A stretch of 61,411 nucleotides of DNA, the filler included, from Chiloscyllium plagiosum (lineage: Eukaryota), in assembly GCF_004010195.1 (NCBI RefSeq). It is 4 parts of one record of this genome, joined end to end, with 100 filler letters (N's around TTAATTAATTAA, not from the genome) between each part and the next. Parts side by side here need not be neighbours in the genome. Positions count along the whole stretch, not along the records: positions 20,941 to 39,669 come from NC_057710.1; positions 39,770 to 57,164 come from NC_057710.1; 2 more parts are not named here. One strand, written 5' to 3'. Positions 36,547 through 49,742 of the stretch are shown here, one piece after another; the stretch's first letter is position 1; the number at the start of each line of letters is the position of its first letter. Below the pieces are notes generated by a model, which was not told the origin of the DNA, did not search any database, and saw nothing but the letters and a program-made list of their open reading frames with translations. A program made the translations under genes and the position numbers.

Positions 36547-38082
36547 TAGCCCAGTTCGGTTAGGAGAAGTGAGGAGTAGTTTTGTTGATTCACCTATATC
36601 TCCAGTTGCAGTCCCTTCCTCCCAACTGTGCTCTATGTTTCCAAGCATACTCTATTACGGCAGTCCTCATAACCAGGTTGAAGCACCATGCATACTTTGC
36701 TTTCTATACATTTCCTCATGTATCCATCCATTGCTGCCACTGACAACATTTCACAAATGAGCAAGAGCAGACACTGGTGACAGGAACAGCTGTGGAGAGC
36801 TCATGTTAAGGGGTACAATCCTCTCCCAGCTCTGGTCAAATGCAAACAGATTCTAAACCATAGGACCATCATTGAGCAAGAGAATGAGTAAAGTATCCTT
36901 TATCCCTAACTTTTCCATTTGGTTTTGCAGCTAGATCATTTTGGTACTTTTTTATGAGTATATCATCTGGCACCTTGTACTGTTTATAAATTTATATCTA
37001 TCACATTACCCTCATCTGTGGTCTCTTTAAAGAATTCGATGAGGTTAACCAGCTTCCATCTTTGAAATCCATATATACTATTTATTGTTATAATTTTAGG
37101 TTCCAGAGTTTCTTTATTTTCTTATTGACAATGGCTACTGTGATCTTTCCTGTCGCTGATGTTAAGCTGGCATGACTGTGTGCACATGTTTGCTAAAATG
37201 TCATGTTGTTCACTTTTCTTTTTAAAACTGATTGTTCGACACTACCTCCATTCTTGCACTTGCTCCAAGTGCCAACTTGTCACTCAATTTGTTCCATGAT
37301 GAATATTAATGCAAAGATGGGACCATTTGAACTATGTGCAGCGGATGTGTGGTTAAAGAATTGTTTTATTCAAGAGAGCAGGGATCGATGGTGGCAATGA
37401 TGGATTTGCATTTTTTTTCTCAGTTAGAATAACTAAATGAAAATGTTTGATCTGTTAAGACATTCTGGGTAGCGATGGCCCATTTTATGCCCCTCTCTCT
37501 CCTCCTCTTCTTCAGTAATCATGAAGATTCATATGATCACTTTGATCATACAATCTTCTCTACTTGCGATGTCATAAGAACACTGCAAATCACTGTTCTT
37601 CCATACAGCTCACACTGGTGAGTACTGAAGATTGGTTAAGTTGTTCTGGTTGTAGCACTCCTGCATCGTACAGAGTTGAATTCTTCAGAGGTACCACAAG
37701 CTATGTTTGAAGGGAGTATACTTTGTCTTCCAAAAGCTGGTCCCTAAATCTAGCTCCTAGAATGAAAAGGTCTAGAATGCTGCGTTATCATAAAAGTGTC
37801 ATGAAAGTGTTCAGGAAATCTGGCACACATCAGAGTAAAGCTTTTCATGTGGTTATACATGCTGTACATTTATACTTTGGAATTCCTTGTGGTTGATCAA
37901 TGTTTCCAGTTGACTTTATGGTGCTTGGATTGCCACATTTGTGCAGTGAACGTCAGCTGGAGAGGCTAATAGACATGCCTATTCAGTCTGAATATTACCA
38001 TTGTCGAGAAAGTTTACATAATGCAATGCCCTGGTAAACAATTCATCCATTACCTATCTTAACTGTATGTATTTACCAGCAA

Positions 38083-38222
38083 GGAGAAAGTGAGGACTGC
38101 AGATGCTGGAGATCAGAGCTGAAAATGTGTTGCTGGAAAAGCGCAGCAGGTCAGGCAGCATTCCTGGATGTTCCTTGAATGCTGCCTGACCTGCTGCGCT
38201 TTTCCAGCAACACATTTTCAGC
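38083..38222. mobile_element. Palindromic Penelope-derived mini-element lacking the ribozyme core, 15-bp TSD
   Basis: Near-perfect inverted arms; TGTATTTACCAGCAA at 38068-38082 and 38223-38237. Confidence 0.85.
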
Positions 38223-39669
38223 TGTATTTACCAGCAACTGATTGAGTTACTCTTGCAATGTGTCCAGTGGTTCACTAGAGGGAGACAGAGGCAAGGAAGT
38301 TGAGGGCCGTGATGCCTTCGATATTGTACTAATCAACCTGTTCAGATGTTTTACATCACTCCAAATGGGTTCTGAACGTGGGCCTCCTGCCTTAGAGGTA
38401 GGGGCATTTTCATTGCAACGCATGAGCCAAATGATGACTTTTAGAGTGTTGGGTAATCCCCAGATGCTTCTGAAAACATCTCTTCTTGAAGGAGACAGCA
38501 GATGTCAGCAATCATCTGTCTTACCAATCGCGGTTTGTAAAAAGACTGCTCTTCAAACAAGCCAAGGAAGCTGAGGCCTCATTAAAGAGTCCCTCCCATG
38601 ACTTCTGCCTCTATACTCTCCTCGGATCATTATTTGCTCTCCTGCGCACCAACCTCTTTTGCAGCTGAAAGCTGTTAATGTTGGAGACACTAATTTCAGG
38701 CATGAAGGGCTATTGTGATGCGGTGGTAGTGTCACCACCTCTGAGCCAGAAGGTCCTAGATTCAAGTCACACCCGTTCCACATGTGTGTCATAACATCTC
38801 AAAACAGGTTGATTAGAAAATTAGAAAACAGGTTGGATTCCATGGCTTCAGAATGAACTTGTGACAATAGACAATAAGTGCAGGAGTAGGCCATTCTGCC
38901 CTTCGAGCCTGCACCACCATTCAATATGATCATGGCTGATCATCCTTAATCAGTATCCTGTTCCTGCCTTATCTCTATAACCCTTGATTCCACTATCCTT
39001 GAGAGCTCTATCCAACTCTTTCTTAAATGAAGCCATAAACTGGGCCTCCACTGCCCTCTGGGGCAGAGCATTCCACACAGCTGGGTGAAGAAGTTTCTCC
39101 TGAGCTCTATCCTAAATGGTTTACCCCGTATTTTTAAGCTGTGTCCTCTGGTTCGGAACTCACCCATCAGCGGAAACATGTTTCCTGCTGCCAGAGTGTC
39201 CAATCCTTTAATAATCTTATATGTCTCAATCAGATCCCCTCTCAGTCTTCTAAACTCAAGGGTATACAAGCCCAGTCGTTTCAGTCTTTCAGCGTAAGGT
39301 AGTCCCGCCATTCCAGGAATTGATCTCGTGAACCTACGCTGCACTCCCTCAATAGCCAGAATATCTTTCCTCAAATTTGGAGACCAGAACTACACACAGT
39401 ACTCCAGGTGTGGTCTCACCAGGGCCCTGTACAGCTGCAGAAGAACCTATTTGCTTCTATACCCAATCCCTCTTGTTATGAAGGCCAGCATACTATTAGC
39501 TTTCTTCACTACCTGCTGTACCTGCATGCTTACCTTCAGTGACTGGTGTACAAGAGCACCCAGATCTCTTTGTACTGCCCCTTTACATAAATTGATTCCA
39601 TTGAGGTAGTAGTCTGCCTTCCTGTTCTTGCCACCAAAGTGGATAACAATACATTTATCCACATTAAAC

Positions 39670-39769
39670 NNNNNNNNNNNNNNNNNNNNNNNNNNNNNNN
39701 NNNNNNNNNNNNNTTAATTAATTAANNNNNNNNNNNNNNNNNNNNNNNNNNNNNNNNNNNNNNNNNNNN
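39670..39769. other. Assembly join: 100 nt with TTAATTAATTAA linker (39714-39725)
   Basis: Same structure as 20841-20940. Confidence 0.95.
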
Positions 39770-40124
39770 AGGCCATTTTTGCTCCTTCACAATCTACAGA
39801 CCCAGAAAATAACACTCTTATTCCTCTACAAAACACTGCACCTGGTTAAATTAATAGCTATGGCTTATATTTTAAGTTTAATCAAGAGACTTATTTCCAA
39901 AAACATATAATCAAGAAAAAACCCACTGCACTCACTAATACAGCTTTTCTCTTGGACAGACTTAAAACAACAATTAACTTATCTGATTCTGTGTTGTGAA
40001 CTTCGCCCAAACCGGTTCCTCCAAGATTAGTTGTGAAATTCACTGTTTGTTAATGTTCCCAGATGCACTCCGATGTCCAGCGACACATGAATTCAGAAAC
40101 AGTAAAGGCAGTAACTGTGCAGGT

Positions 40125-40138
40125 TCTCGCTCTCGCTC

Positions 40139-40185
<47 letters not shown>

Positions 40186-40230
40186 CTCTCTTTCTTTCTC
40201 CCGTTCTCTCGCTCTCTCGCTCTCGCTCTC
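40125..40230. repeat. Compound (CT)n/(CTCG)/(CA)n microsatellite
   Basis: Directly visible. Confidence 0.95.
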
Positions 40231-40815
40231 CCGTCCTCCATCTTGGCTTACCCTCTTTGATGATGGAAACAGTTGATTAGTGGATTCGCCATAAAGGGAA
40301 AGTTTGAGCAAACTACAATTGTATCTGTTGTTGTTTAGAAGAGTAAAAGAGGTGACTTTATTAAACCGATAAGATTGTGTGGAGTCTTGGCATGTATTGT
40401 GGGAGAATCTATTACTTTAAATCTAGAATCTAAGGTTGAGGCACAGGTGAGAATTTCTTTTTTCCTCTGACAGCACGGTCTTCCTGAAATGGTGGTGGAA
40501 GCAAAGTTGTTGAATACTTTTCAGACAGGGATAGATATATTCTCAATGAACAAGAGGTGAAAGATTCTCAAGTGGGAAAGAAACGAAGTAATCTGAATGG
40601 CAGAGGAGGATCAAGGGGTCTGTGCCTGCTTCTAATTCGTCTGTTTACGTGAATCAAATTAAGCCCCACTGATTTGGCTGTAAAGCCACAAAGGATAATT
40701 TGAGTCACATTATAATGACCTTTGGGGAATTGTAATCAAGAATAGAATTTTAAACTGAATGTGTTGATCCAAGACTGTACATCTACTGTATATCATTGGA
40801 TTGTGTTTTTCACAG

Positions 40816-40933
40816 ATCAAGGAGTCAGCTATCTCCTGTGGCTAAACAAGGACGCAAACGAGAAGCCAGTCCAGGAGAACGCAGAAGGGGTCAGCAAAAA
40901 AATGAAGTGCCACCAAAGAGAACAAGGCGATAA
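40816..40933 (+). CDS. bod1l1: Last coding exon, BOD1L1-like C-terminus (SRSQLSPVAKQGRKREASPGERRRGQQKNEVPPKRTRR*)
   Basis: Acceptor TTGTGTTTTTCACAG, phase 2, 38 codons then TAA; resembles my recollection of the mammalian BOD1L1 end (QLSP..RKREVSP..RGQQ..P.K..KR); followed by repeat-free AT-rich 3' UTR. Confidence 0.72.
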
Positions 40934-41389
40934 CTAAGAATGCTAGATGTTGCTAGTCTGGCTGAACAAAATTGTTAAGCTGTCTTGTATATTGTATATT
41001 ATAAATTAAGTTATATTTGTTGTAGTAACACAAGGGAAACATGTGAAGTCAGTATTGATAGATTGAAACTGTCTTTTTTACTGTACTTAAAATTTTGTGT
41101 TGTATATGGGAAATGGTAACGAAAATGTTAACGTGCTTTTACCTGTTGTAACTTGCAATTTTAAGTACAAAGTTTTCATTCTATGAATGTATTTTATTTT
41201 TACCAAATCCTATTTAATTGACAAAAATTGTTTGCTGAGAATAAGCAACTGAGGGATACAACTATTGACAATATACTGTACATTTAATGTGCATCTCTTG
41301 TTAATGTTCCATATGTTACATCCTTGGAATGGGTGACCAAAATATTTTGTATTCACATAAAACTCATTGAGCATGTACAAATGGTTTAT

Positions 41390-41395
41390 AATAAA
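41390..41395 (+). terminator. Candidate polyadenylation signal for the + gene
   Basis: AATAAA about 460 nt after the stop; a second AATAAA at 41944-41949. Confidence 0.5.
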
Positions 41396-42252
41396 AGAAA
41401 ATACTTGTTTATATAGTGCCTTATCATGCAGATACACCTGGAACCACTTCACACCATGAAATAATTTCTAAGGTGCAATTACTGTTAATTAGACAAAGAC
41501 TGTATTGAGGTTAATTTTAATGCATCTAATGTTTGCAAGCTTGTGTAATATATGGTACTATGCGCACTTTGTTTATCATGTTCCTGACGTATTTTGATAA
41601 ACTTGTGAACATTTTTATAAAAGGAAACACAGTAAGATAGTCATCAATATTGGGAGCTCCTTATCTAGTGGTGAGATCTGTTGTGCGGTTCTCATACTGT
41701 TCTTATCTCAACTAAACTCTGGTTTTGTCCAGTACTATAAATGTAAAACAGTAACTTTAAAGAGAAAAGATAATCTCAACGCTTTTGACTAAGAACCTCA
41801 GCTTGGAATTCCATATATCTCTCAAAACAAAAGGAAACCATTTACAACAGCTAGGTTTTGAGCTCTTCAAATATTTGAATATATATTGATATTCAAATAT
41901 AGATGAATGCATCAAATCATGCTTGTCATACAAGTGGTGTATAAATAAAATTTCACAGCAAGAATGAACATTCATAGTATTCAAAAAAATTTGCCTTTCA
42001 TAGGATCAACTAGATGTAAAATTACTGGCAATGAATACCCAGGGATGGATCTCTAAAGCATGGAGTTCATATTTTTCTTGAAATAGCGCACATTTTTTAA
42101 AAAATACAACATATTACATTTACAGCATAATACATGGATGATGTGTAAAAAATTTGCACTACCACATTTCAAAGTGGATCTTCAACATATTTTGTAATAT
42201 ATATTAAATGTTAAGGTCAATTCCCTATTGTATATGGAGAACTCATAGGTAA

Positions 42253-42258
42253 TTTATT
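42253..42258 (-). terminator. Candidate polyadenylation signal for the Ig receptor gene
   Basis: AATAAA on the minus strand about 560 nt after the stop. Confidence 0.35.
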
Positions 42259-42818
42259 TAAAAATGTAAAGAGAACATACCAATATTTACTTAAAATGTA
42301 GCTGACAATGTAATGTCAGTGTGAGGGATTTCTAGAAAGGAGTTTTAACTTGTCTTCATGTACAGAAAATTAACAAAAGTACTTTGTTTTTATGATCTAT
42401 TAAATATCTTGAGATTTTGAGCTGTTTCCGTCACAACAAGCTCCTTTACTCAAACTGTTACGCTGTATTCTCTTTGAGGTCCTATTAACCTTACAGAAAT
42501 GATCATAAATTCCTGTAAAGTTGTAAATTTCTCCCAAATCTTAAATATCTGAAATATTTTGTCACGTGGTAAAATTGCTACTTAAAAATATATAGACTGA
42601 TTCAATTAGCATCTAATATCTTACCTGGTCTTTGTTAGTTAAAAAATAAAACACTGATTTTTGATAACTGAAGCAATTACATGAAACACTTAATTCTTAA
42701 TGGCTTACTATTTCAGCAAAAGTAAATGCATGAAAATACACCACAGTTTTAAAGTGTTGTAACTATGTAAGTGAGGCCCTTCGTAATACACGTTTGCATT
42801 ACAGTGACCGTCTTCACT

Positions 42819-42992
42819 TTAGTACATTACATGGAAATTCATATATGGTTGATGCACCACTGAGGCAGTTTCCGTAAACTGATTTGATTTGTTTCTGGCT
42901 TTGACTGGTGGCCTAGACAATCGTCTAGTGTGGTCAATGGTAGCATAAGTGACTTCACTATTTTCTTGCCAAAATTCTTGCGATTTCAAATC
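42819..42992 (-). CDS. Ig receptor terminal cytoplasmic exon with ITIM (DLKSQEFWQENSEVTYATIDHTRRLSRPPVKARNKSNQFTETASVVHQPYMNFHVMY*)
   Basis: Acceptor TTTTCTCATTATAAAG, phase 0, 57 codons then TAA; VTYATI fits the ITIM pattern; phase matches the upstream candidate exons; absent from the ORF track. Confidence 0.75.
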   Translation of the reverse strand, partial: DLKSQEFWQENSEVTYATIDHTRRLSRPPVKARNKSNQFTETASVVHQPYMNFHVMY

Positions 42993-44514
42993 CTTTATAA
43001 TGAGAAAATCATTGAATAGGGAGATTATTCATTTCATTATTTTTAAACCTATTTTACAAATCTTAAATATCAAACATAAAATATTTAGAATATTAATAAA
43101 CTTAGCAAATAAATTTTCAGCTGTCTTTTGGAAAGGAAAAATTAAGGGCACATATTGGAAATAGAATTTTTAAATGGTGTAGAGAAGCAAAGGGACTAGT
43201 GCAAGCATATAAATCATTTATGACGCAAGTTAATAAGGCTGTAGCAAAAACAAGCCAAGCACGCTGATTTAGCACCACAGGACAAAATTGAAAAATGCTG
43301 GAGTTGGGTGAAGTGTATCAAAAGCTTTCATTAGATTTTACTTGCAGTACTGTACAGGTTCTGTTGCCATGGACGATTTTTAATAAATAAAGGCACTTGT
43401 GGGTGCAGACGGTATTTGCAACTCTGAGACAAGAATTAAGAAGTTACACACATTGTAAAGGATTATCAGGCGGAGTGTTTTTTCCTTGGAAAGTGGCTCA
43501 GCAGTGCTCTACTATAAATTTTGAAATGTTGATACTCTTAGATAATAAATGGAATTTAATGCTCTCCCAAAACAATACCTGTGCCATGACTGTTAGCTAT
43601 GAGAAGGCCTGTGAAATGTCTTCCCACCATTCCAACTGAAACCCTTTCAGAGACTCCCTAAGTGGGAAGTCTAAAGAGTAGACGTCGGGAGACAGCATTT
43701 ATACCTCATTTAGTGATATAGTGTTTGGAAGTGAAACCTAATAGAATGATCTGCATTTTCTGGCAAAAACCACCTCCCCTGTCGTCATTCATCCCACATG
43801 ACCTAGCCATGCCCCTGGTGGTGATCCTGGACTTTGCTTGGATGCACTGGATGCTATTGCTCCCCCTTTGACATTGCTGAGTGATGCATTGCTTCCGGTC
43901 TGGCCATCCAGAAGCTCATGAAGGATGGCCTGCTTCCTGTATCTGGGGTCCTTAGCCCCAGAGAAGGCCAATGCTGCCCAATTAATGCCTTATGAAAACT
44001 TACATGGTAGAGACAGGTTAGTGGGTGATTGGGTAAGATGGTTTAGGTATCAGAGTGCGATTAATCATGTCCTAGGAAGGGAGTGGTTTGGTGTCAGACT
44101 GGGGTGCATATGGAGTTCAGGTTTTGGTGAGGGGTGACACATCTGGGTGCCCAAGAGGGTGATCAGATATCTGAGGCATGATTGGGCATAGGTTATCGGG
44201 TGCGTAGGACTGGATCAGATGTTGGGGTGGTTGGATCAGATGTTTGGCAAATGTCAGAGATTGGGCCATTAGTAGTGCTGTATAGTAGGTTCACAACTCA
44301 GAGTTGGAGATCTTTTGGAAGGTTTTTGACGCTACCCACTGGAAGTTCAAACTTTATGTGAATTCCTGCCGAATCAGTGCAACGGAATTTGCAAGATACC
44401 TGGGCCTTATCTTTGACATTCATGGATGACATCAAATTGGGAGAGAGAAATGATTGCTGGACACATTAATATATGTATCAAATAGACAAATATTGGTTAT
44501 TGAGATTCAGCACA

Positions 44515-45990
44515 GATATAGGGAAGTGATTGCTGGGCTCGTTGATAAGATATTTGTATCATCAATAGTCACAGGTGAGGTGCCAGAAGATTGGAGGTTG
44601 GCTAACATGGTACAACTATTTAAGAAGGGTGGTAAGGAAAAGCCACGGAACTATAGACCGGTGAGCCTGACATCGGTGGTGGGCAAGTTGGAAGGAATCC
44701 TGAGGGACTGGATTTACATGCATTTGGAAAGGCAAGGACTGATTAGGGATAGTCAACATGAATTTGTGAGTGGGAAATCATGTCTCATAAACTTGATTTT
44801 TTTTTAAAAAGTAACAAAGAGGATTGATGAGGGCAGAGCAGTGGATGTGATCTATATGGACTTCAGTAAGGCATTCAACAAGGTTCCTCGTGGTAGACTG
44901 CCTAGCAACGTTACATCTCATGAATACAGGGAGAACTAGCCATTTGGATACAGAGTTAGCTTGAGGGTAGAAGACAGAAGTGGTGGTGGAGGGTTGCTTT
45001 TCAGTGACCAGTGGTGTGACATAAGGATCAGTGCTGGATCCATTGCTTTTTATCATTTATATAGATGATTTGGATGTGAACACAGGAGATATAGTTTGTA
45101 AGTTTGCAGATGACATCAAAATTGGAAGTGTAGTGGATGGCAAAGAAGGTTATCTGCAAGTGCAACGGGATCTTGATCAGATAGGCCAATAGGCTGAGGA
45201 ATGGCAGATGGAGTTTACATAAATGTGAGGTGCTGCATTTTGGAAAAGCAATTCAGAGCAAGACTTATACACTTAATGATAAGGTCCTAGGGGGTGTTGC
45301 TGAATAAAGAGACCTTGGAGTGCAGGTTCATAATTCCTTGAAAGTGGAGTCACAGGTAGATAGGATAGTGAAGAAGGCATTTGGTATGCCTTCCTTTATT
45401 GAACAGAGCATTGAGTATAGGGGTTGGAAGGTCATTTTGCAGCTGTACAAGACATTGGTTAGGCCACATTTGCAATATTGAGTGCAATTCTGGTCTCCCT
45501 CCTATCGGAAACTTGAAAAGGTTCAGAAAAGATTTACAAGAATGTTGCCAGTGTTGGAGGATTTGAGCTACAGAGAGAGGCTGAATAGGCTTTGGCTGTT
45601 CTCCCTGGTGCAGCGGAGGCTGAGGGGTGACCTTATAGAGGTTTATAAAATCATGAGGGGCATAAATAGGGTGAATAGACATGGTCTTTTCCCTGGGGTG
45701 GGTGAGTCCAGAACTGGAGGTCATAGGTTTAGGGTGAGAAGGGAAAAATCTAAAAGGACCCAAGGGGCAACTTTTTCATGCAGATGGAGGTGTATGTATG
45801 GAATGAGGTGCCAGAGGAAGTGGTGGAGGCTGGTACAATTACAACATTTAAAAGGCATATGGATAGGAAGAGTTTAGAGGGATCTGGGCCAAGTGCTGGC
45901 AAATGGGACTAGATTAGGTTAGGATATCTAATCAACATGGATGTGTTGGATCAAAGAGTCTGTTCCATGCTGTATATCTCGATGACTCTA
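44515..45990 (+). mobile_element. CR1 LINE, RT to 3' end
   Basis: VPEDWRLANMVQLFKKG..NYRPVSLTSVVGK; KFADDIKIG; CR1 tail. Confidence 0.92.
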
Positions 45991-46059
45991 TATGTTTGTA
46001 TGGAATTTGTTCAACATATAACTGAAACTGGTGTAGGACATGGGATTGACCACACTTAC

Positions 46060-47670
46060 AGAACTGCCCTTTGGCCAATTAAGTTTGCATAGACAAAAAC
46101 TATTCTAAATCTATACTTGTCCTACTTAACAGGACTTGGCCCATAGCCTTGAATGGTATGTCATTTCAAGTGTCATGTCAATTTTTAAAAGTGTGAATTT
46201 TCTCACGTCAACTACCCTCACAGGCAGCACATTCCAGATTCCTATCACTCTCTGGGTTAAATAATTCTTTCTCAAATGCCCTCTAAACCTCCTACAGTTC
46301 ATCTTAAAATTATGCCCCTTAATATCGATTCTTCATACAAGAGGAACAGCTGCTGTCTATCCACCCTTTCATAATCTTGTGCACCTTTATCACATCCTCT
46401 CTCAGCCTTCTCTGCTCGAAAGAAAGTAATCTGAGGTTATCTAACTTCTCTTCATAGCTAAACTGTTTCATTTCAGGTAATATCCCAGTCTCTCTTTTCC
46501 TCCTGATCCATGCTGAATATTCCTAGACATATTGGGTTCTCTGGGCTTGTTGCTCCTACGTTTCACCCTGAAGGGAACATGTTGGGCCTGTACTCTGCCA
46601 AATTTAATTTGAAGGCCCCCACCTCCCCCCCCCCTGCCAACATCCCCCAAGCCCCAGTGTTCTGCTGTATATATTCCATTCTACTTTGGCCTGATCCTGC
46701 CTTATTTTAATAAAATCTGACTTGCCCCCAATCCAAAATCCATTTTTACAGACTACTGTTTTCTTTTCCAAAACAATTAGTGTCGTGGTCATTGTCATTA
46801 GAATACTCTCTCGCTGCTACCTTGAATACCTGACTGGTTTCGTTCCCCAGAATTAGGCCCATGTTGGACCTTCTACATATTAATATAAAAAGCTGTTCTG
46901 AATATACTTTAAGAAATCTGGTCCTTATAAACCCTTTATACTTTGACTATCCCAATTAGTGTTGGGGAAGTTGAAATTCCCTAACATAATTACCTTATTA
47001 CTGCATTTACATACCTCAATGAATTGTCTATATATCTGCTCTTTCATTGTCCACTGACTGGTAGTGTATAAGACACTCCCAGCAATGTGACTGTCCCTTT
47101 TTTATGCCTCGGCTCTACCCACAAAGCCTCATTGAAAGACTCTTCCAAGATATCATCTTTTCTTACAGCAGTAACTGACCCCTAAATTAATAATGCAATA
47201 TCACCTCTACTTTACATCCTCCCCTCTCCTGTCTGAAGATAAACTTGCAGGTTCTGCCCCTCCCTCACCTCTCTGTAATGGCAACACCATCACAATTCTA
47301 CATGTCAATCTGTGCCCTTATCTCATCCGTCTGACCACTAATACAGTAAGTACTAAATAAATTAAAGGGGTGGTCATCCAGCCTTGCTTTACTCCCTTGA
47401 AACTCAGAATGGTTGAACTCCCTCTGCCTTAGTTTCTTTACTAAAGTTTGCTATGTCCCTATTGGATGAACACTGTATCCCATGCCCTGCTGAGCTGATT
47501 TAAACTCACCCCAACAGTGCAAGCAAACCCATCCACGAGGATGCTGGTCCCATTCTGGTTCAGGTGCAGACTGCCCCATTTGTGGAAGTCCAACCTTCTC
47601 TGGAAATGGTCCAAGTGATCTAGGAATCTAAAACCCTCCTTCCTGCACCAACTCTTGTGCCATACATTTA
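46060..47670 (-). mobile_element. Two old CR1 fragments (3' end about 46060-46460; endonuclease/ORF1 part about 46470-47670)
   Basis: SWCRKEGFRFLDH..LHLN; similar to 1590-1880 and 2605-3400. Confidence 0.7.
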
Positions 47671-48037
47671 TCAACCATCAAAATTATGTTTTGCCAAAAT
47701 ATGGTAAGATTCAGCCGAAGGTGTTTGCAAAAACATAGAATCATACATTAAGAAGAGCCCCTTTGGCCAATTGAGTTTGCATAGACAAAAACTATTCTAA
47801 ATCCATACTTGTCCCACTTAGCAGCACTTGGTCCATAGCCTTGAATAGTATGCCATTTCAAATGCTCCTCCAAGTAATTTTTAAAGGTTGTGAATTTTCT
47901 CCTATTCGCCTATTCCTGTACTCACGAACACGTGGCACTGGGAGTAATCTAGAGATTGCAACCTTTGAATAAGCAGGAGGAGAGGGAAGGCTCATCCATA
48001 AACTAAAGTTCATTATGCAATGATAATTATATGGGTG

Positions 48038-49358
48038 TTGCATTAATTTTAATTGTGAAGTTGAAATTGCTCAGTCTTACTTTCCAGGGACCCAGTCAGA
48101 TTTTTGTCCATGTCAATTGTTGCACCAGCAATTCCCACTCCAGGTAAAAATCAGAGCTTCATTGCCCAGGGCTCACATCAGTAACTTGCATTTATATAGC
48201 TTCAAGAACACTCTACCCTTAAGGGCAGTGGAAGCTGGTTCAATAAATAATTCAAAAAGCATGTAGATCTGATCAGCAGTATTGTGGATTTTCCTGAATA
48301 CTACAGTTAAGGAAAGCCTCAGAAAGGTTACAAAAGAACATAAGAAATATGAGCAGGAGTAGATCACTCAGTCTGTCAACCCTATGCCGCCATTCAACAA
48401 GGTCTTGGCTGATCTGGCCAAGGCCTTGTCTCCTCTTTCATCCCAGTTCAGCCTCAATTCCCTGATATTTCAAAAATCTATCTACCTCCTCTTCAAATAC
48501 TTGCAGTGGTCTAGCCACCACAACTCTCTGGAGCTGGAGAATCCCAAACATTCACAGTCCTCTGAGTAAAGAAATTCCTTCATATCTCAGTTTTAAGGGA
48601 GTGTCCCTTTATTCTGTAACTATGTCTCCTGATTCAAGATTCACCTACTCGTGGAAGCATCTTGTTTACATCTGCCCTGTCAAGCCCCTTTACTACAGAG
48701 GTGGTTTATCCAGGATGTTCGTAACCGATATTGAAGTGAGGTTGGAAGAGTTACAGCTATTAGAATAATTCAACTTGGAACAGGAAAAGTTAAGCACGGA
48801 GGTATTCAAGATGATGAGAGATGTTGTAAGAGTAGATAAGAGTTTCCTCTGGTCAACTGACTGGGAGCAGAGATTTAAAATCATTGCCAAAAATCTGCAG
48901 GGGAGATGAGGGGTAATTTCTTTTCACTCAGAATTGTTGAGATTCAGAACAGCCGACCTGAAGAGGTGGCAGAAGCTGGTTGAACGTATAACTTCAAAGT
49001 GAGTTGTAAACATACATGGTGATGAAGAACTTAGGGAGTCACAGACTAAAGGTGGTGATGTAGGTTGAAGCACGGTTACTTTGTCAAACTGAAGCACAGG
49101 CATGATGGGCTGAATGGCTTCGCTGTAATCTCCTTTGTTTTCACTTTATTTATTGAACCATCTTCCACTGCCCTTAAGGGTAGAGTGTTCTTGAGGCTAT
49201 ATAAATGCAAGTTACTGATGTGAGCCCTGGGCAATGAAGCTCTGATTTTTACCTGGAGTGGGAATTGCTGGTGTAACAATTGACATGGACAAAATTCTGA
49301 CTGGGTCCCTGGAAAGTAAGACTGAGCAATTTCAACTTCACAATTAAAATTAATGCAA
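48038..49358. repeat. 213-bp inverted duplication (48038-48250 and 49146-49358)
   Basis: Arms are reverse complements with only a few mismatches; spacer of about 900 bp made of CR1 fragments. Confidence 0.93.
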
Positions 49359-49742
49359 TCACCAATGCACAGCACCTTCATAAAAGCCTTATCGATATTT
49401 TTATACCAAGTCACATAAAGAGATAAAATGATACATGAGGAAGACTCTGTCTAAGAGGTTACATTTTAAGAAGCATCCTGAAGGAGGAGTAAGAGGCAAG
49501 ACTCTTAGAGAAGAAGCTTCCAAATTTAAGGCCTAGGCAATTAGGAATGAAGAATAGTCTCCAGGGCACGGTATTGTTCAGATGCTGGCTACATGCCCAG
49601 CCACAATCAGCAACCTTTGCAAAAGGAATGGGAGGAAAAAAAACAAGAAAAGAAACAAGAAAACGGCACAAATAGCAACACTTCTTGCGCAAATACAATT
49701 TTTTTTAAAATTTGTTTTTTGAAGTGTAAAATGGAGATTTAC

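Larger units (their letters stand above)
38866..40243 (-). mobile_element. Young CR1 LINE: 3' part 38866-39669, probable 5' UTR 39770-40243, middle lost in the gap
   Basis: Nearly intact ORF2 end (AIEGVQRRFTRSIPG..RLRGDLIETYK); minus strand beyond the gap starts AAGATGG followed by (GA)n; linkage across the gap is inferred. Confidence 0.75.

Noticed and set aside
39996..40280. Low-complexity ORFs (SLSLSL, RERERE)
   Set aside because: Translations of a CT microsatellite
42814..42912. Alternative-frame terminal exon with SVYGNC and TIYEFP
   Set aside because: Poor acceptor context; the overlapping frame from 42992 has a better acceptor and a canonical ITIM
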